A stretch of DNA of 63,587 nt, the filler included, from Octopus bimaculoides (Eukaryota): NCBI RefSeq assembly GCF_001194135.2. It is 5 parts of 4 records of this genome, joined end to end, with 100 filler letters (N's around TTAATTAATTAA, not from the genome) between each part and the next. Parts side by side here need not be neighbours in the genome. Positions count along the whole stretch, not along the records: positions 1 to 21,125 come from NC_068988.1; positions 21,226 to 33,261 come from NC_068992.1; 3 more parts are not named here. One strand, 5' to 3'. The position numbers and the translations under genes were made by a program. Below, one piece after another: positions 13,403-26,340 of the stretch. Position 1 is the first letter of the stretch; every line of letters begins with the position of its first letter. The notes below the pieces were generated by a model, which was not told the DNA's origin, searched no databases, and saw only the letters and a program-made list of their open reading frames with translations.

Positions 13403-14126
13403 GCTGTATCTACATGTGTGTGTGTGAATGTGTGTTGGTGATTATGAGTAAATATATAAGTTTATTTGTGTATGCATGCGTGAGTATGTATGTGTGTGTC
13501 TGTGTGTCCCGTGTCTTTATGACGGTATCAATTACATGCCATACAACTGCATACATCCAGTATCCTACTGTGTCCCCTTTATTACACAGTAAATAGATTA
13601 GGTCGACGACACGGACTATGTCTGTTGAAGGTCAGAGAGAGAGAGAGAGAGAGAGAAAGAAAGAGAGAGACAGAGAGAGAGAGAGAGAGAAAGAAAGAGA
13701 GAGAGAGATAGAGAGAGAGATAGTGAGACAGAGACAGAGTGACAGATATAAATATATAGAGGAACAGATAGTGAGAAATAGAGAATGACATGCACACAGA
13801 GGATAGATATATATATATAGAGAGAGAAAGAAACACATACACGCACACAAGGAGAGACTAATACAGCGAGATAAATAGATAGATAGATAGACAGAGAGAA
13901 GGAGGGAGAGAGAGAAAGAGAAAGAGTGAAAGGGGGAAAAGGAACACACACATACAAAATTAGAGAAATATGTATATATATATNNNNNNNNNNNNNNNNN
14001 NNNNNNNNNNNNNNNNNNNNNNNNNNNNNNNNNNNNNNNNNNNNNNNNNNNNNNNNNNNNNNNNNNNNNNNNNNNNNNNNNNNNNNNNNNNNNNNNNNNN
14101 NNNNNNNNNNNNNNNNNNNNNNNNNN

Positions 14127-14183
<57 letters not shown>

Positions 14184-14509
14184 AAGAAATACATCAGCCA
14201 AAGTGAGTGAAAGGAGAAATGGATAGAGATACAGAGTGAGAGCGGAGAAAAAGAGAGAAAAAGAGAGAAAGAAGGAACGAGAGAGGAGAGCGATAATAAT
14301 ACAGAAGAGGAAGAAAGGAAGGAGAAAGTGAAGTAAGGAATGAGAAGAAAAATAATGAACACGAGAAAGAGAAAGAACGTGAATAGAAAGAGAGGTACGA
14401 TCAAAAGGGGAGGGGAAGGAAGAGGTGCAAAGAGAGATGAGAACAAAGAGAGATTAACGTAAAGAGAGATCAGTATAAAGGGAGGTTTCAGTCAACTCCA
14501 TCTATGCGG

Positions 14510-15460
14510 TTTACCATTCATTCGAATTAGAGATAAGTTTGGAGCAGATGGAACTGACCAGAATGTCTACAAGTAGAGTCCCGGAAGATCACAGATATCG
14601 ACGCGTTCCGCAAAGCAAGAAAGAGTACTGGAAAATTATTGTCGGATTTTATGAGAATCTGTGCAGCCAGTAAATTGTGAGATGGGGATTTCAGTCAAGC
14701 GTCTGTCGCATTTTGAAGTTGGAAAATTTACATTCTAAGAATGGTCCATACTATAAATGAAGGAAACTACTGAACGAGGATGTGCAGAGATACCGAGCAA
14801 AATGGTTCTTGATTTTTCTATTCCATTGTTTCGCATTAGCAGCAGTGCATGGATTAGAATGGTCACCAATTTTCAAAAAAAAAAAAGAAGAAAAAAGTAA
14901 ATTCTACCATTAGATTCTATTAAATTTTGAAAATGACGTGTAAGTTAATAAACACTGACTTTATAATCATTCAATGTGTGTATGTTGTCAATGAAGATAA
15001 TCCGGACCGGAGAGTGGAGTTTCGTGAGTGGTAATTAAAAGATGTATTGGAGTGATGAGGCTAAATTTAAGCTGAATGACTTGATTAGCCGCCACAGTTG
15101 CACCTGGAGGACACCTGGAAATCCACTTATTACGAAGGAACACAATATTAATTTACCAGCACTTACAATAGCGTCCGGTTTGGTATCGAAAGGATTAAGT
15201 GGACCATACGTCTTTGACAGAACTGTGACTTGTGCCATTTTCTTGAACTTGCCATGACAGTCTGTCAGGCCAAGCATTCAAGAGTACTATGAAGTTGTGG
15301 AGTTTATTTTCAGCATGATTTGGCACTCTATGATAAAGTTTACGGTACGAAATGGCCAATAATCGACGAATCGAGAGCAGCCATTGAATAAAGATGCGTG
15401 GAAATACCAAACAAAATGTTTCCTGAATTTTGCGATTCCATAACACAAAACAAAACAAAG
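14510..15460 (+). pseudogene. Tc1/mariner-superfamily transposase remnant (DD37D/maT-like), internally deleted
   Basis: RIRDKFGADG, then WSDEAKFKLN..ISRHSC...GLSGPYVFDRTVT, YFQHD, and KVYGTKWPIIDESRAAIE. Confidence 0.8.
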
Positions 15461-15519
15461 TACAAATAGAAGTTCAAAATTGAGAATGTTCATTGGCAAA
15501 AATTTTTTGCAGAAAATTC

Positions 15520-16903
15520 AAAGAATAAATTCACGCTTCTTTGTGCACCTTGAATGTTGAGCAACAGGAGCATCTCATTTCATACACTAGCAGTAGTCTG
15601 TCATCATCACAGCGTCCCAACGTCCTTCGTACCGAGTACCCATCTTGATGTCCCGATGGAATCGTTCGCTTTGTTCATCGCTAACATCTCCGAGATTTTC
15701 AGGAAAATGATCAAGATGACTAAAAAAATAATGCATTTTGATTCTCATATTCGCGCCAATATCACGAAAAGTTGATATCAAATTGGTAACAAGGTTTTCA
15801 CTTTTATGTTTCCCAAGGAAATTTTGCACTACTTCTGCAAAAGGCAGCCAAGCTGATGTTTCATTTTCGCTGATCCTTTTCACGAAATTTGTGAGCTTAC
15901 GGATCTGTGGTCCATAAAATATCCCTGCTTTAAGTTTTTCAATCATCAGGTCTGGAAATACACTGCAGACATACTTGCTTGATGAATCCGAGTTTGATGT
16001 GGAAAGGGGGAAAATGATCTTACCTCGCTCAACTAAAGTTTCTTCCAATATATTGGCAGCTCTACATGGAGCTATGTTTGTTCGAGACAGTCAGTCTCTC
16101 TTAACATAGTGGTTTATTCGGTCTCTCTTGTTTCAATGCAAAGGAAGCATGGATATTTGGTATAACCAGATTGTTGTCCCATGAGAAAATTCATCATCTT
16201 TAAGTCAACGCAAATGACCCATTTATGATCATGATACAGTATCTTCTCTAAAGTCAACTTAACATTTCTTCATATTTTTCCTTTAGAGTTGTTGGGTAGC
16301 TGAGTGGGACAGAGCCATACACGATTCCGTTGTGCAACAATACACATTTTAAATTACGCTTAGTGCTGTCAATGAAAAGACGTCTGGTTTGTATTCCTCA
16401 ATGCCAAGTTTATTAAGAAGCCCACTGACATCTCTGCAGTAAACCACTTTTCCTATTTTGTGAAGAAAGAAAGGAACTCTTCATGCGGGATTTTTGGAGG
16501 GTTCATGCCACGAACTAGATTATTCAGCTCTACCACGGAGAATAGCTGAGGTAAAGTCTCAACTGAGAAGCCTTGATCTCTAGTGTCATCTTCAGGTGAT
16601 GAATCTTCTATGGTTGAAGATAAAGTTATCTGAGGCAAGACATTGAAGACATGAACAGGAAGCTCTTCATTGAGTGGAACCTGTCTAATAGCAGAGGCAA
16701 GATTAGGATGGACAAGCGTTTGTCGATTTTTCCGGTTAATACTCTTCAAATTTAGGTTACAAAAATAGCAGTCGTCCACGTGATTATAGGGCTCAATAAC
16801 TTAAAAAACTAGATCTGGTAGGCCAAAAAGAATGTTATATTTGGATTTCGAGTTTGTGTAGGAATATCTATTTCCTTAACACCAAAAACCTTGTAGACCA
16901 GTG
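15520..16903 (-). pseudogene. CMC-superfamily (probably Chapaev3-like) transposase remnant with CACTG terminus
   Basis: EPYNHVDDCYFC, GQQSGYTKYPCF, FLGKHKSEN, HYFFSHLDHFPENLGDVSDEQSERFHRDIK...RYEGRWDAVMMTDYC. Terminus ...gaccagtg at 16903. The family name comes from recalled motifs, not a search. Confidence 0.7.
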
Positions 16904-17448
16904 TAATAAATGCCCTGATGCAAATACCAGACACTGGTTCTCATGGCTTCTGATCTTGACTGATTAGAAATATTATCATGTACATGTTTTGTATCCGTAT
17001 AAAAGATGGGCGACAACAAATATTCTGCTCAGTACCACACATTTGCTTGTCAGTTGCTGGACCTTAACCAGTTGAGCATTGCCCTTGGTGGGTGACGATA
17101 TGTGCCTATCTAATCACGAGCAGAAGTAGTGGGAGAGAAGCTTAGAAATTTGTTAAGAGAAATTCTTTGGAGCTTGAATAATTTACCTCCGGAAACATGG
17201 GTGTTTCGTTCAGCATTCTCAAACAACACTTATTCAAGGACCTTTTGAGCATGATTGGTTATTCGACCCGAAGAAAATTATAACTGGGCCACACCTGTAA
17301 GGTCATGAGCTGTTTATCTTGATAAGAGAACACCATGTCGCGCACATATGGTTGAGATATATGTACCTGGTGTACTCTTATCAGACTCGTAGTCATGATG
17401 GGTATACTGGGATTCGTATATCTTACCCCAGTGTCACTCAAAAGTAAT

Positions 17449-17483
<35 letters not shown>

Positions 17484-17699
17484 CGACAATAATAATAATA
17501 ATAAAAATAATAATAGCATTTGGTTTCAAATTTTTGTACAAAGCAAGCACTTTTATGGGAAGGGGATTAGTTGGTTTCATCGATCCTATTGTTGACCTCG
17601 GCAGGATTTGACACGAGGACATAAAAAGCCGGAGGAAATACGGTTTAACATTTTGACCGAAGCACTAATGATTCTGTCAGCTTACCATCTTAATAATAG

Positions 17700-17827
17700 T
17701 AAGAAGAAGAAAGTGAAGAAGAAGAAGAAGGAGGAAGAGGAGGAGGAGGAGGAGGAAGAAGAAGAAGAAGAAGAAGAAGAAGAAGAAGAAGAAGAAGAAG
17801 AAGAAGAAGAAAAAGAAGAAGAAGAAG
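17700..17827. repeat. (GAA)/(GAG) tract
   Basis: Directly visible. Confidence 0.95.
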
Positions 17828-19874
17828 ATTCTGTTCAGGGTATGTAAAGATTTTTCGATGATTCAAGAAAGAAAGAGCTATTGAAAAATAATAGATAATA
17901 AATAAAGCAAGCGAACGAAAAGAAAGCTGAAAAGCTACAATGAATTACCGTCTTTAAGAGCAAAACTTTTCAAAAAAATTTTTTAAAAGCTCCGAGGAAA
18001 AGAGAAATGACTTGTAGTGGTGTATAAAACGAAAATAGTTGTCACGAAGATTGCTGTGTCAAAGAAAAAAAGTGTACTTTTCGAAAACATCATCTGTGTG
18101 ATCTCAATAATTGTTTACGTTTACAAACATTTAACGTGCTCCCGAGAAAAATAAAAAGCAAACAAAGAAACAAAACAAAAAAAAAACTGTACATATATCA
18201 TCTATTAATTGAAATAAATCATTAGCAGATTGTCAGTGGTATTTAGCGGGTTGTCAAATGTTTAGTTCTCATAATGAAACGAAGAGTTTTAATTTGAATG
18301 CCAGTTTGTTGTTTGTTTATTCTACATTCACTTACAGTTATCATCACACAGTCTTCGTCTATTGAGAGAAATGCGACCTATCAACTCGAGGGTGTTTAAA
18401 TATATCTAGAGTTATCTAAATTATTAGATTTTCTCGACTTATCGCTCTAGCAGCTATTATAGCAATGTCATTCTCAAAATGTCTGGAATTACAAGCTAAA
18501 CAAGGAAATAATTCGTGAATTAGATTTAACCAAATAGAACCCCAAGTGAGATAGAATGTCACCATCTGTCACTAACTACAAAACCAACAGCAACATTAAT
18601 AAAAAGATTAGGTGGAAATAGATCCGCGCGGAATACTTCGAGGTTATGAAAACAATCTGTACGGTCAAACTAAGCCCTTCAGTGTTAACTTACCAAATTT
18701 GACATAGAAATAACCACAACATTTCACCGCGATTAAATAGTATGAAATTATATAGAAAAAATACGAAAGGATAACCATAGCTGAACAGAAAAATATAGGA
18801 AAGAGAAATATTGATTTCATATTTGGAACAAGGCCAGCAATTTTGGGAGGGGGAGAGTCGATAACAACGACTCCAGTGTTCAACTTGTACTTGTTTTATC
18901 AACAGCGAGAGAATGAAAGGAAAAGTCAACACCGTCAGAATTTGAACTCAGAACGTAAAAACGAGCAAAATACCAGCAACGATTTTGTCATAGGAAAGAG
19001 AAATATGAAGATGAAATAATACTGCAGAACCGATACAACAAATGACCATAAGACAAACTTGGCGAACAACATATCAGTGTATAAAGGTAATACAATACAC
19101 AACCCAACAGAGAATTTAAGCCAAGAACAGATAACTCTAAATCTCATACTGTCAAGTAATATGTATGAGTTGGAACAATTCGTGATAACACAAGTAAATG
19201 AAAGGAATGAATTAAAGATATGATAGAAAATGAAAAATAGATTGAGATAAAATTCATATAGATTAAAAGCACAAAACAAACTAGCATTAAAACAAACAAA
19301 TGTAGATGGTGAAAAAGTAGAAGTTTCAAGATGTGAAATAAATATTTTAACGGTGAGTTTTGAAGTGGTTACAGCAATAAATATGTCTTTATTATTTAAT
19401 TTATGCATCAGGTCAGGAATATTGAGAGGAGGTGATTAGTTCATGTCATTGATGGCAATACTTAACTGGTACCTAATTTTATAGATTTCGGATGGAATGA
19501 AAGAGAAAAAAAATGACGTTTATGGGATTTGAAACCAGAGCGTAAAGAGCCCGTGTAAGTACCATTTTGCTCACGCGCTAATGGTTATAATACTACGTAT
19601 AAGTAAAACAGTATTAGAAAACTTCAGAAATAGAAGACCATGTACACCGTTTTGGGTAAATTATGAAAAAGATCTGATAGAGTATCAAATCCGTGGATCG
19701 CCAAGTCTTTAGGGATATATGAATGGCCAATAATGATTATGGGATTCTTAAAGACTAGCGGGCTAAAAGGGAGAACAAATGTAGCACTGAATTACAAGAC
19801 AGTTATTTCGTAAAATTTGGAATATTCCAAGAAGAGAGAGAGGGAGAGAGAGAGAGAGAGAAAGAGAGAGAGAC

Positions 19875-19905
<31 letters not shown>

Positions 19906-19944
19906 CAGAGACACAGAGAGAGAAAGAGAAAGGCTGGGGAGAGG

Positions 19945-20065
19945 AAAGTAACGCAATATTTAAGATGTGCATTGTTTTATCGACCTCGGTAAAATTATGA
20001 AACATAAACTTGATCTCGGAACCTTCAAATTTTAAATGCTGAACGCTATGACACGAAATATTACT
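19945..20065 (-). mobile_element. SINE family B, degenerate
   Basis: ttttatcgacctcggtaaaattatgaaacataaacttgatctc...tttaaatgctgaacg. Confidence 0.55.
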
Positions 20066-20191
20066 CAAAGCATTTGTCTGATGTTGAAAAGATTTTGCTT
20101 CCTGCCACCAATTCATAAGAGCAGGTAAAAATTACTGCTTCCTAGAAACAATCACTCACTCTATCTCTCTAAATATGTATTTGTGTGTGTG

Positions 20192-20225
<34 letters not shown>

Positions 20226-20492
20226 CATACATACATACATACACACATACATATATATNNNNNNNNNNNNNNNNNNNNNNNNNNNNNNNNNNNNNNNNNN
20301 NNNNNNNNNNNNNNNNNNNNNNNNNNNNNNNNNNNNNNNNNNNNNNNNNNNNNNNNNNNNNNNNNNNNNNNNNNNNNNNNNNNNNNNNNNNNNNNNNNNN
20401 NNNNNNNNNNNNNNNNNNNNNNNNNNNNNNNNNNNNNNNNNNNNNNNNNNNNNNNNNNNNNNNNNNNNNNNNNNNNNNNNNNNNNNNNNNNN

Positions 20493-20529
<37 letters not shown>

Positions 20530-20531
20530 TA

Positions 20532-20793
20532 TAATCCTCCAGGTCTGATCTACATAGATCGCTATTGGCAGTTTTGCTATCTTGTACTGACGAATCTTCA
20601 GTTCTATTCATATGTTATTGCTACACCAAAGTACTGCCAGTCTTCTAAATATTGCCGCTGCTTTGCAAGTCCTGCAGTTTACATCTCTCTCTACACCGTC
20701 GTTGCTTGTCACTCTGCTTCCCAGATATGTGAAGCTTGTAATTTCTTCAACTGATTCTTGTCCAACTTTCTACTTGCTTCCCAACTTGCATTA
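20532..20793 (-). mobile_element. RTE-clade LINE RT C-terminal segment (inverted part)
   Basis: Minus strand reads KVGQESVEEITSFTYLGSRVTSNDGVERDVNCRTCKAAAIFRRL...LPIAIYVDQTWRI (the F-YLGS...R...A...F and YxxETW motifs). Confidence 0.85.
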
Positions 20794-21117
20794 CCTTCGA
20801 CGTATATCATCAGCGGTGCCTCAGAAATACTGCAGAATCGCTTATCGGGACAGAGTGTCAAAAGAAGTCATACTCCAAGTAGCAAGAGTAAGGCCCCTGC
20901 AAGCAGCCAAACAGCCATGGGATGGATTCCGCTGGAAGGTAAGAGAAAAAGTGATCGGCCAGGAAGACAAGGCGTGATACCTTGAAAGAAGACCTACGTA
21001 GACTAAACATCACCTGGGAAGAATCATACCGGTTGACCAGAGACGGAGATAATTGGCGATCTCTGACTGCCCGATGCGCCACTCAAAGGTACCAACGACC
21101 CTAAGGAGAAGAAGAAG
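20794..21117 (+). mobile_element. RTE-clade LINE 3' end (non-inverted part) with (AAG)n tail
   Basis: Reads FDVYHQRCLR / RIAYRDRVSKEVIL / MGWIPLEGKRK / TLKEDLRRLNITWEE...NWRSLTARCA, then taaggagaagaagaag. Confidence 0.85.
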
Positions 21118-21125
21118 ATATATAT

Positions 21126-21225
21126 NNNNNNNNNNNNNNNNNNNNNNNNNNNNNNNNNNNNNNNNNNNNTTAATTAATTAANNNNNNNNNNNNNNNNNNN
21201 NNNNNNNNNNNNNNNNNNNNNNNNN
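21126..21225. other. Artificial 100-bp assembly spacer (44N-TTAATTAATTAA-44N)
   Basis: Exactly 44 N, a 12-mer with stops in all six frames, then 44 N. The same layout occurs four times. Confidence 0.95.
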
Positions 21226-21629
21226 TGGTAACATTAACAACAATAACGACGATGACAGCAGCAGCAGCAATTGCAGCAGCAGCAGCAACAACGACAACAA
21301 CCACAGTAACAACAACAATTATGACAATGAGTGTGACAGTCAAGGAATTTTGGAAAATGAACAAATATGAATAACAACAACGATAGTAAAAATAACAAGA
21401 ACAAAAATGGTGGGAAAAGATTGAGACAAGGTAGAGACATATATATACAACAGCAGCAACAACAACAGCAGCAAGAATTCCAACAATAATAACGAGAGTA
21501 GCAACGACATCTGAGATCCGTCGAAGAAGCGTTCTGCATGGTTGCTGGACACATTTACCGAAATTTTACAGTAAAAAAATATATTTCTGGAATGAGAGGG
21601 AATTGTTAAAATGCGTTTCGTTCGCCTCT

Positions 21630-21845
21630 TCGCCGTCGTCGTCGTCGAATTGATCATCATCGTCATTATCATCATCATCATCATCATCATCATCATCGTC
21701 GTCGTCATCATCGTCGTCGTCATCGTCGTTGTCATCATCGTGGTTGTCGTCATCATCATCATCGTCATGGTCGTCGTCAACCATCATCATCATTATCATC
21801 ATCATCATCATCAGCAGCAGCAGTAGCAGCAACAACAACAGTAAC
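21630..21845. repeat. (CAT)/(CGT)/(CAG)/(CAA) tract
   Basis: Directly visible. Confidence 0.9.
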
Positions 21846-22123
21846 CACAACAGAAATGAAAAATCCTACAACAGTTGTACCTCGAAGAAAACTGGTCCTT
21901 TTTTTTTTTTAATCTTTATCTCACTAGCGACATCAGATCCTTCATTCAATATTCATCTGAGAAGAACTGAGTGTTTCGGAGCTTTCGGGAGAAAATGGGA
22001 ATCGTTTTATAAAAGAAAAAGAAAAAAGGATCACCAAATAAGAATAGAAAAGGAGGGGGAAAAGACCCTTTCTCTGCGTCCCTACTGAAAGAAAAATGGA
22101 TGCTGTTTAATATTTCACAAAAG

Positions 22124-22345
22124 GAAGGCGGCGAGCGGATAGAATCGTTAGCGCGCCAGGCAAAAAAGCTTAGCGGCATGTCCGTCTTTCACGTTTTGAG
22201 TTCAAATTCCGCTGAGGTCGACTTTGCCTTTTATCCTTTCAGAGTCGATAAAATAAGTACCAGCTGGGTACTGGGGTCGATGTACTCGATTTACATCTTC
22301 CCTCAAACTTGCTACCCTTGTGTGAAAATTGAAAATCAATATTTT
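22124..22345 (+). mobile_element. SINE family B, full length
   Basis: Box A-like ggcggcgagcggatagaatcgttagc, box B gagttcaaattcc, then gtcgactttgccttttatcctttcagagtcgataaaataagtaccag. Confidence 0.85.
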
Positions 22346-22685
22346 ATAAAAGGGAGATTGGCCCGTGGAGGCTTTTTCTGAGGTGAGGTGATGGAGGAGA
22401 AGCGGCATTTTGTTGTTTCGCGAGTCACATAGGAAGGAAGGTACATTAAGTTTCATCTTCACAGCCTGTCTCTGCACCAAGATGATAACTTACTACTCAC
22501 CACATCTGGTTCATCAATCAATAGGGATTTTAGAAGATTTCTGAGAGGTGATCGATTTTTCGAACTTTCCCTTAGAGAATATTCGGGAGCGGGTGATTTA
22601 GTGGAATTTCAAGTACCGATTACAGCAGAAATTATAGAACAAATTCCTGGTTAATTCTTAATCGAAATGTTCTATAAATTACATA

Positions 22686-23078
22686 CAGTAGAACCTCACA
22701 GTACGAGTGCTCCATTGTACGACTAATTTGCTGTACGAACCGAGGCTCGTGAGAATTTTCGTCTTGAAGTACGATAGGAAATCCGCAGTAAGCGCACACA
22801 AATCATCCCAGCTTTAAGGTAATTCAGTTAATAAATCCAGTTTACATATTTCTTTTGCATTCTCTTTTTTTATAATAGTCATTGTATTTGTAACTACACC
22901 TTTTCTGTTTTAAAACCCATAAAAAATTATTTTTGAGTGGTTTTTGGAGGGTGGGGGATGGAACGGATTAATTATATTTTAGTTAATTTCAATGGAGAAA
23001 ATTGATGTGTAAAACGAATAAATTGCAAGACGAGTTCGGTCATGGAACGAATTAAAGTCGTACTGCGAGGTATCACTG
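22686..23078. mobile_element. pogo/Tigger-like MITE with TA target duplication
   Basis: ta|CAGTAGAACCTCACAGTACGA ... TCGTACTGCGAGGTATCACTG|ta: imperfect TIRs of about 22 bp and no ORF. Confidence 0.85.
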
Positions 23079-23220
23079 TATTTTAAAAAATTATATCAGG
23101 ATTTCATAGAATCATTTAATTAGTTTGGGTAATCACGTGTATAGCTTTAAATTATTCAACATGAAAATATTTTGTGCGACTCTTCACTTGCTCACACTAA
23201 AAAAAAATAAAAGCCAGTAA

Positions 23221-23254
<34 letters not shown>

Positions 23255-23659
23255 TGTTGTTGTTAGAATAGCTGCAGATGATGATGATGATGAGCACAGA
23301 TTATGACACGGAAGACGACGATGATGCTGATGATAAAGTAGTAGCATTTATAGTGATGGCAGTGGTGGTGCGAGTAGTTTTCTTCTGTTATTCAGCAAAT
23401 GGTAAACATCTTTAGAGATCTCACCCCAGGCATTCGCCACTCTTTGCAGATTGCTCATTATCCAGATTGTTCACACATATGTACGCACGTAAGTATGTAC
23501 GTACGTGCGTGTATCTATGTATGTATATATAGTTAGTTGCGTGAATACTCATATGTTTACACGCATACATAAATACATACATGCATACACATATACACTC
23601 ATATACATATACACACATCCATATATAGATAATATATATGTATGTGTATATACATACAC

Positions 23660-23710
<51 letters not shown>

Positions 23711-23933
23711 NNNNNNNNNNNNNNNNNNNNNNNNNNNNNNNNNNNNNNNNNNNNNNNNNNNNNNNNNNNNNNNNNNNNNNNNNNNNNNNNNNNNNNNNNN
23801 NNNNNNNNNNNNNNNNNNNNNNNNNNNNNNNNNNNNNNNNNNNNNNNNNNNNNNNNNNNNNNNNNNNNNNNNNNNNNNNNNNNNNNNNNNNNNNNNNNNN
23901 NNNNNNNNNNNATATATACATGCTCGCATCTAT

Positions 23934-23975
<42 letters not shown>

Positions 23976-24235
23976 GCCTTTCTTTCTTTCTTTACATACA
24001 CACATACATACGTACATACGTACATACATACATACATACATACATACAAACATATATGCATTACATACATACGTGCATACAGTTGAAGCCACCTGCAGTG
24101 ACAACTTTGAGATATTTTTGTTTAGATAATAATTATCAACTGATAACATAAAGACGACGATAGAACAACAACCTGAGTGGATTTGTGACCAACATTTTGA
24201 AAACAGTAACCGTTTGATAACATTTCGTTACGTAC

Positions 24236-24339
24236 TGGTTCTTGACGAAGGTTGAAATGCCCTTAGTAGTCTTTGTGTGTCTTCGAAACTGATGAGCTTG
24301 ATATCATTTTTCCACCGTTCGATTTGTTGTTGGTCAACA
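24236..24339 (-). CDS. Candidate exon (VDQQQIERWKNDIKLISFEDTQRLLRAFQPSSRT)
   Basis: ttttctacaag| ... a|gtacgt, with an alternative acceptor at 24353. Protein-like composition in unique DNA. Confidence 0.3.
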
Positions 24340-24655
24340 CTTGTAGAAAAGACTGGAGCAGGGTGAAGATTTCAGGGGATGATGTTATAAGACTGTGCAT
24401 AGTTAGCGTGGCACCGAGGAGGTGTGGTACGTTAATAGTGACGAGACTTGAATAAATGAGTGGGTTGCGGAGACCTGTGAGTGAGAGTTAGGAGAGCAGT
24501 CAGATCCGAGGGTTAGATGGTATTGTTGTCGCGATAAAAGAGATAGATAGATATATCTAGGCAGAGAAAGAGAGAGAGAGAGAGGGAAAGACAGACAGAA
24601 AGCGTGCGAGATTAAGAGAGAATGAGAGAGAAAAATGAAAGAAAAATATAGAGAT

Positions 24656-24720
<65 letters not shown>

Positions 24721-25289
24721 CAAGTGGATGAAGGAGATCGTGAGTGAGAGAGGGCGCGAGGGAGTGAGAGAGGGCACGAGAATGAGAAAGAGAGATAGAG
24801 AGGGTGTGAAGGATAGAGCGAGAGAATGAAAGAGAACATGATAGTGTGTGTGTGTGTGTGTGTGTCAGAGAGAGAGAGAGAGAGAAAGAGAGCGAGAGAG
24901 CGAGCGAGAGTGTGAGAAAGAGGGAAACAGAGAGAGAGAGAGGGAGAGAGAGAATGAAAGAGAGAAAGAGAGGGAGAGAGAACATCTTTTGATGTAAGAT
25001 TCACAAACATTGTTATATTAGTTGTTTGTACATCGAAAGATATACAATGGACTGAAAGTTATTTTTAATTGAAATTATAGCCACAATGAAATGAATACTA
25101 TTAAGTATTAATGAAAATTATTTTAAAAAGATATAAGGGAGATAACTATCGATATTGTAATTTCAGAAGTTCTTACTCTTATCCTTTTTGAGGGCAATTT
25201 TCATTACTGTTAATGACCTTTTCATGTCATTTTAGTAAGAGTTTTTATTAAATGGCAATATTTCAAAGAAAGCGAACAAGCAGAGTCGG

Positions 25290-25455
25290 TAAAGTGTTGG
25301 TTAAAATAAAGAATAACATCTTACAGTATTTGCTCCAATTCTCTGGGCTGTGTCTTCAAATGCCGCAGAAGTCCACTTCGCTTTTCATCTTTTCGAGTGG
25401 ATCAATGAGGAAAAAAAAGAATCTACCTTTTTGAGTGCGGTTGACTGGCAGAATT
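25290..25455 (-). mobile_element. SINE family B, degenerate
   Basis: aaatgccgcagaagtccacttcgcttttcatcttttcgagtggatcaat resembles the family B central domain. Confidence 0.5.
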
Positions 25456-26113
25456 GTTTGAGCTTAGGACTTATGTGTTCTGCATGAGCCTTATGGGTTT
25501 TGCATGAGTCTTGTGCATTCTAAGCACAAGCCCAGCCCCGTCTACCCCATCAAAAAAGTGACATTTCTGCCAGATGTTGTGAACAACAGATTGCATAAGC
25601 AATTTACAAAAAGATTAAAAAATCCAAAACCAATAGAAATATAGCTACATTGGTTCGATCGGTAGATCGATTGTCACCATAACAAGATCATCCGTTTCAC
25701 TACGTTAAGTACGAAGCCTGCACTTAACGATATTGTTTTCATGCAGAAGACACTCTTGAGAAACTTATCAATGTCATTATTTGTGATTGAATAACTGTAG
25801 ATTAATCTGCATTTTGGTGTTATTGTGGTGCTGGTGGCAGTGGTAGTGGTTGTGTCAATAGAAAATTTGAGTTCAATTGGAATAATGGTTTCAAGTCAAA
25901 TTGATTATAAGATTTGAAACTATGAAGAAGAATTTGACCATAAGAACGGNNNNNNNNNNNNNNNNNNNNNNNNNNNNNNNNNNNNNNNNNNNNNNNNNNN
26001 NNNNNNNNNNNNNNNNNNNNNNNNNNNNNNNNNNNNNNNNNNNNNNNNNNNNNNNNNNNNNNNNNNNNNNNNNNNNNNNNNNNNNNNNNNNNNNNNNNNN
26101 NNNNNNNNNNNNN

Positions 26114-26147
<34 letters not shown>

Positions 26148-26340
26148 AAGAAGAAGAAGAAGAAGAAGAAGAAGAAGAAGATGAAGGAGAAGGAAAGGAA
26201 GAAGAAGAAGAAGAAGAAGAAGAAGAAGAAGAAGAAGAAGAAGAAGAAGAAGAAGAAGAAGAAGAAGAAGAAGAAGAAGAAGAAGGAGAAGGAGAGGAAG
26301 AAGAAGAAGTAGAAGTAGAAGGAGAAGAAAAAGAAGAACG
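26114..26340. repeat. (GTA)n followed by (GAA)n
   Basis: Directly visible. Confidence 0.95.

Noticed and set aside
18935-19408. 157-aa hydrophobic ORF, superficially GPCR-like
   Set aside because: It is the T-rich complement of A-rich DNA, ends in a SINE fragment and has no real GPCR motifs.
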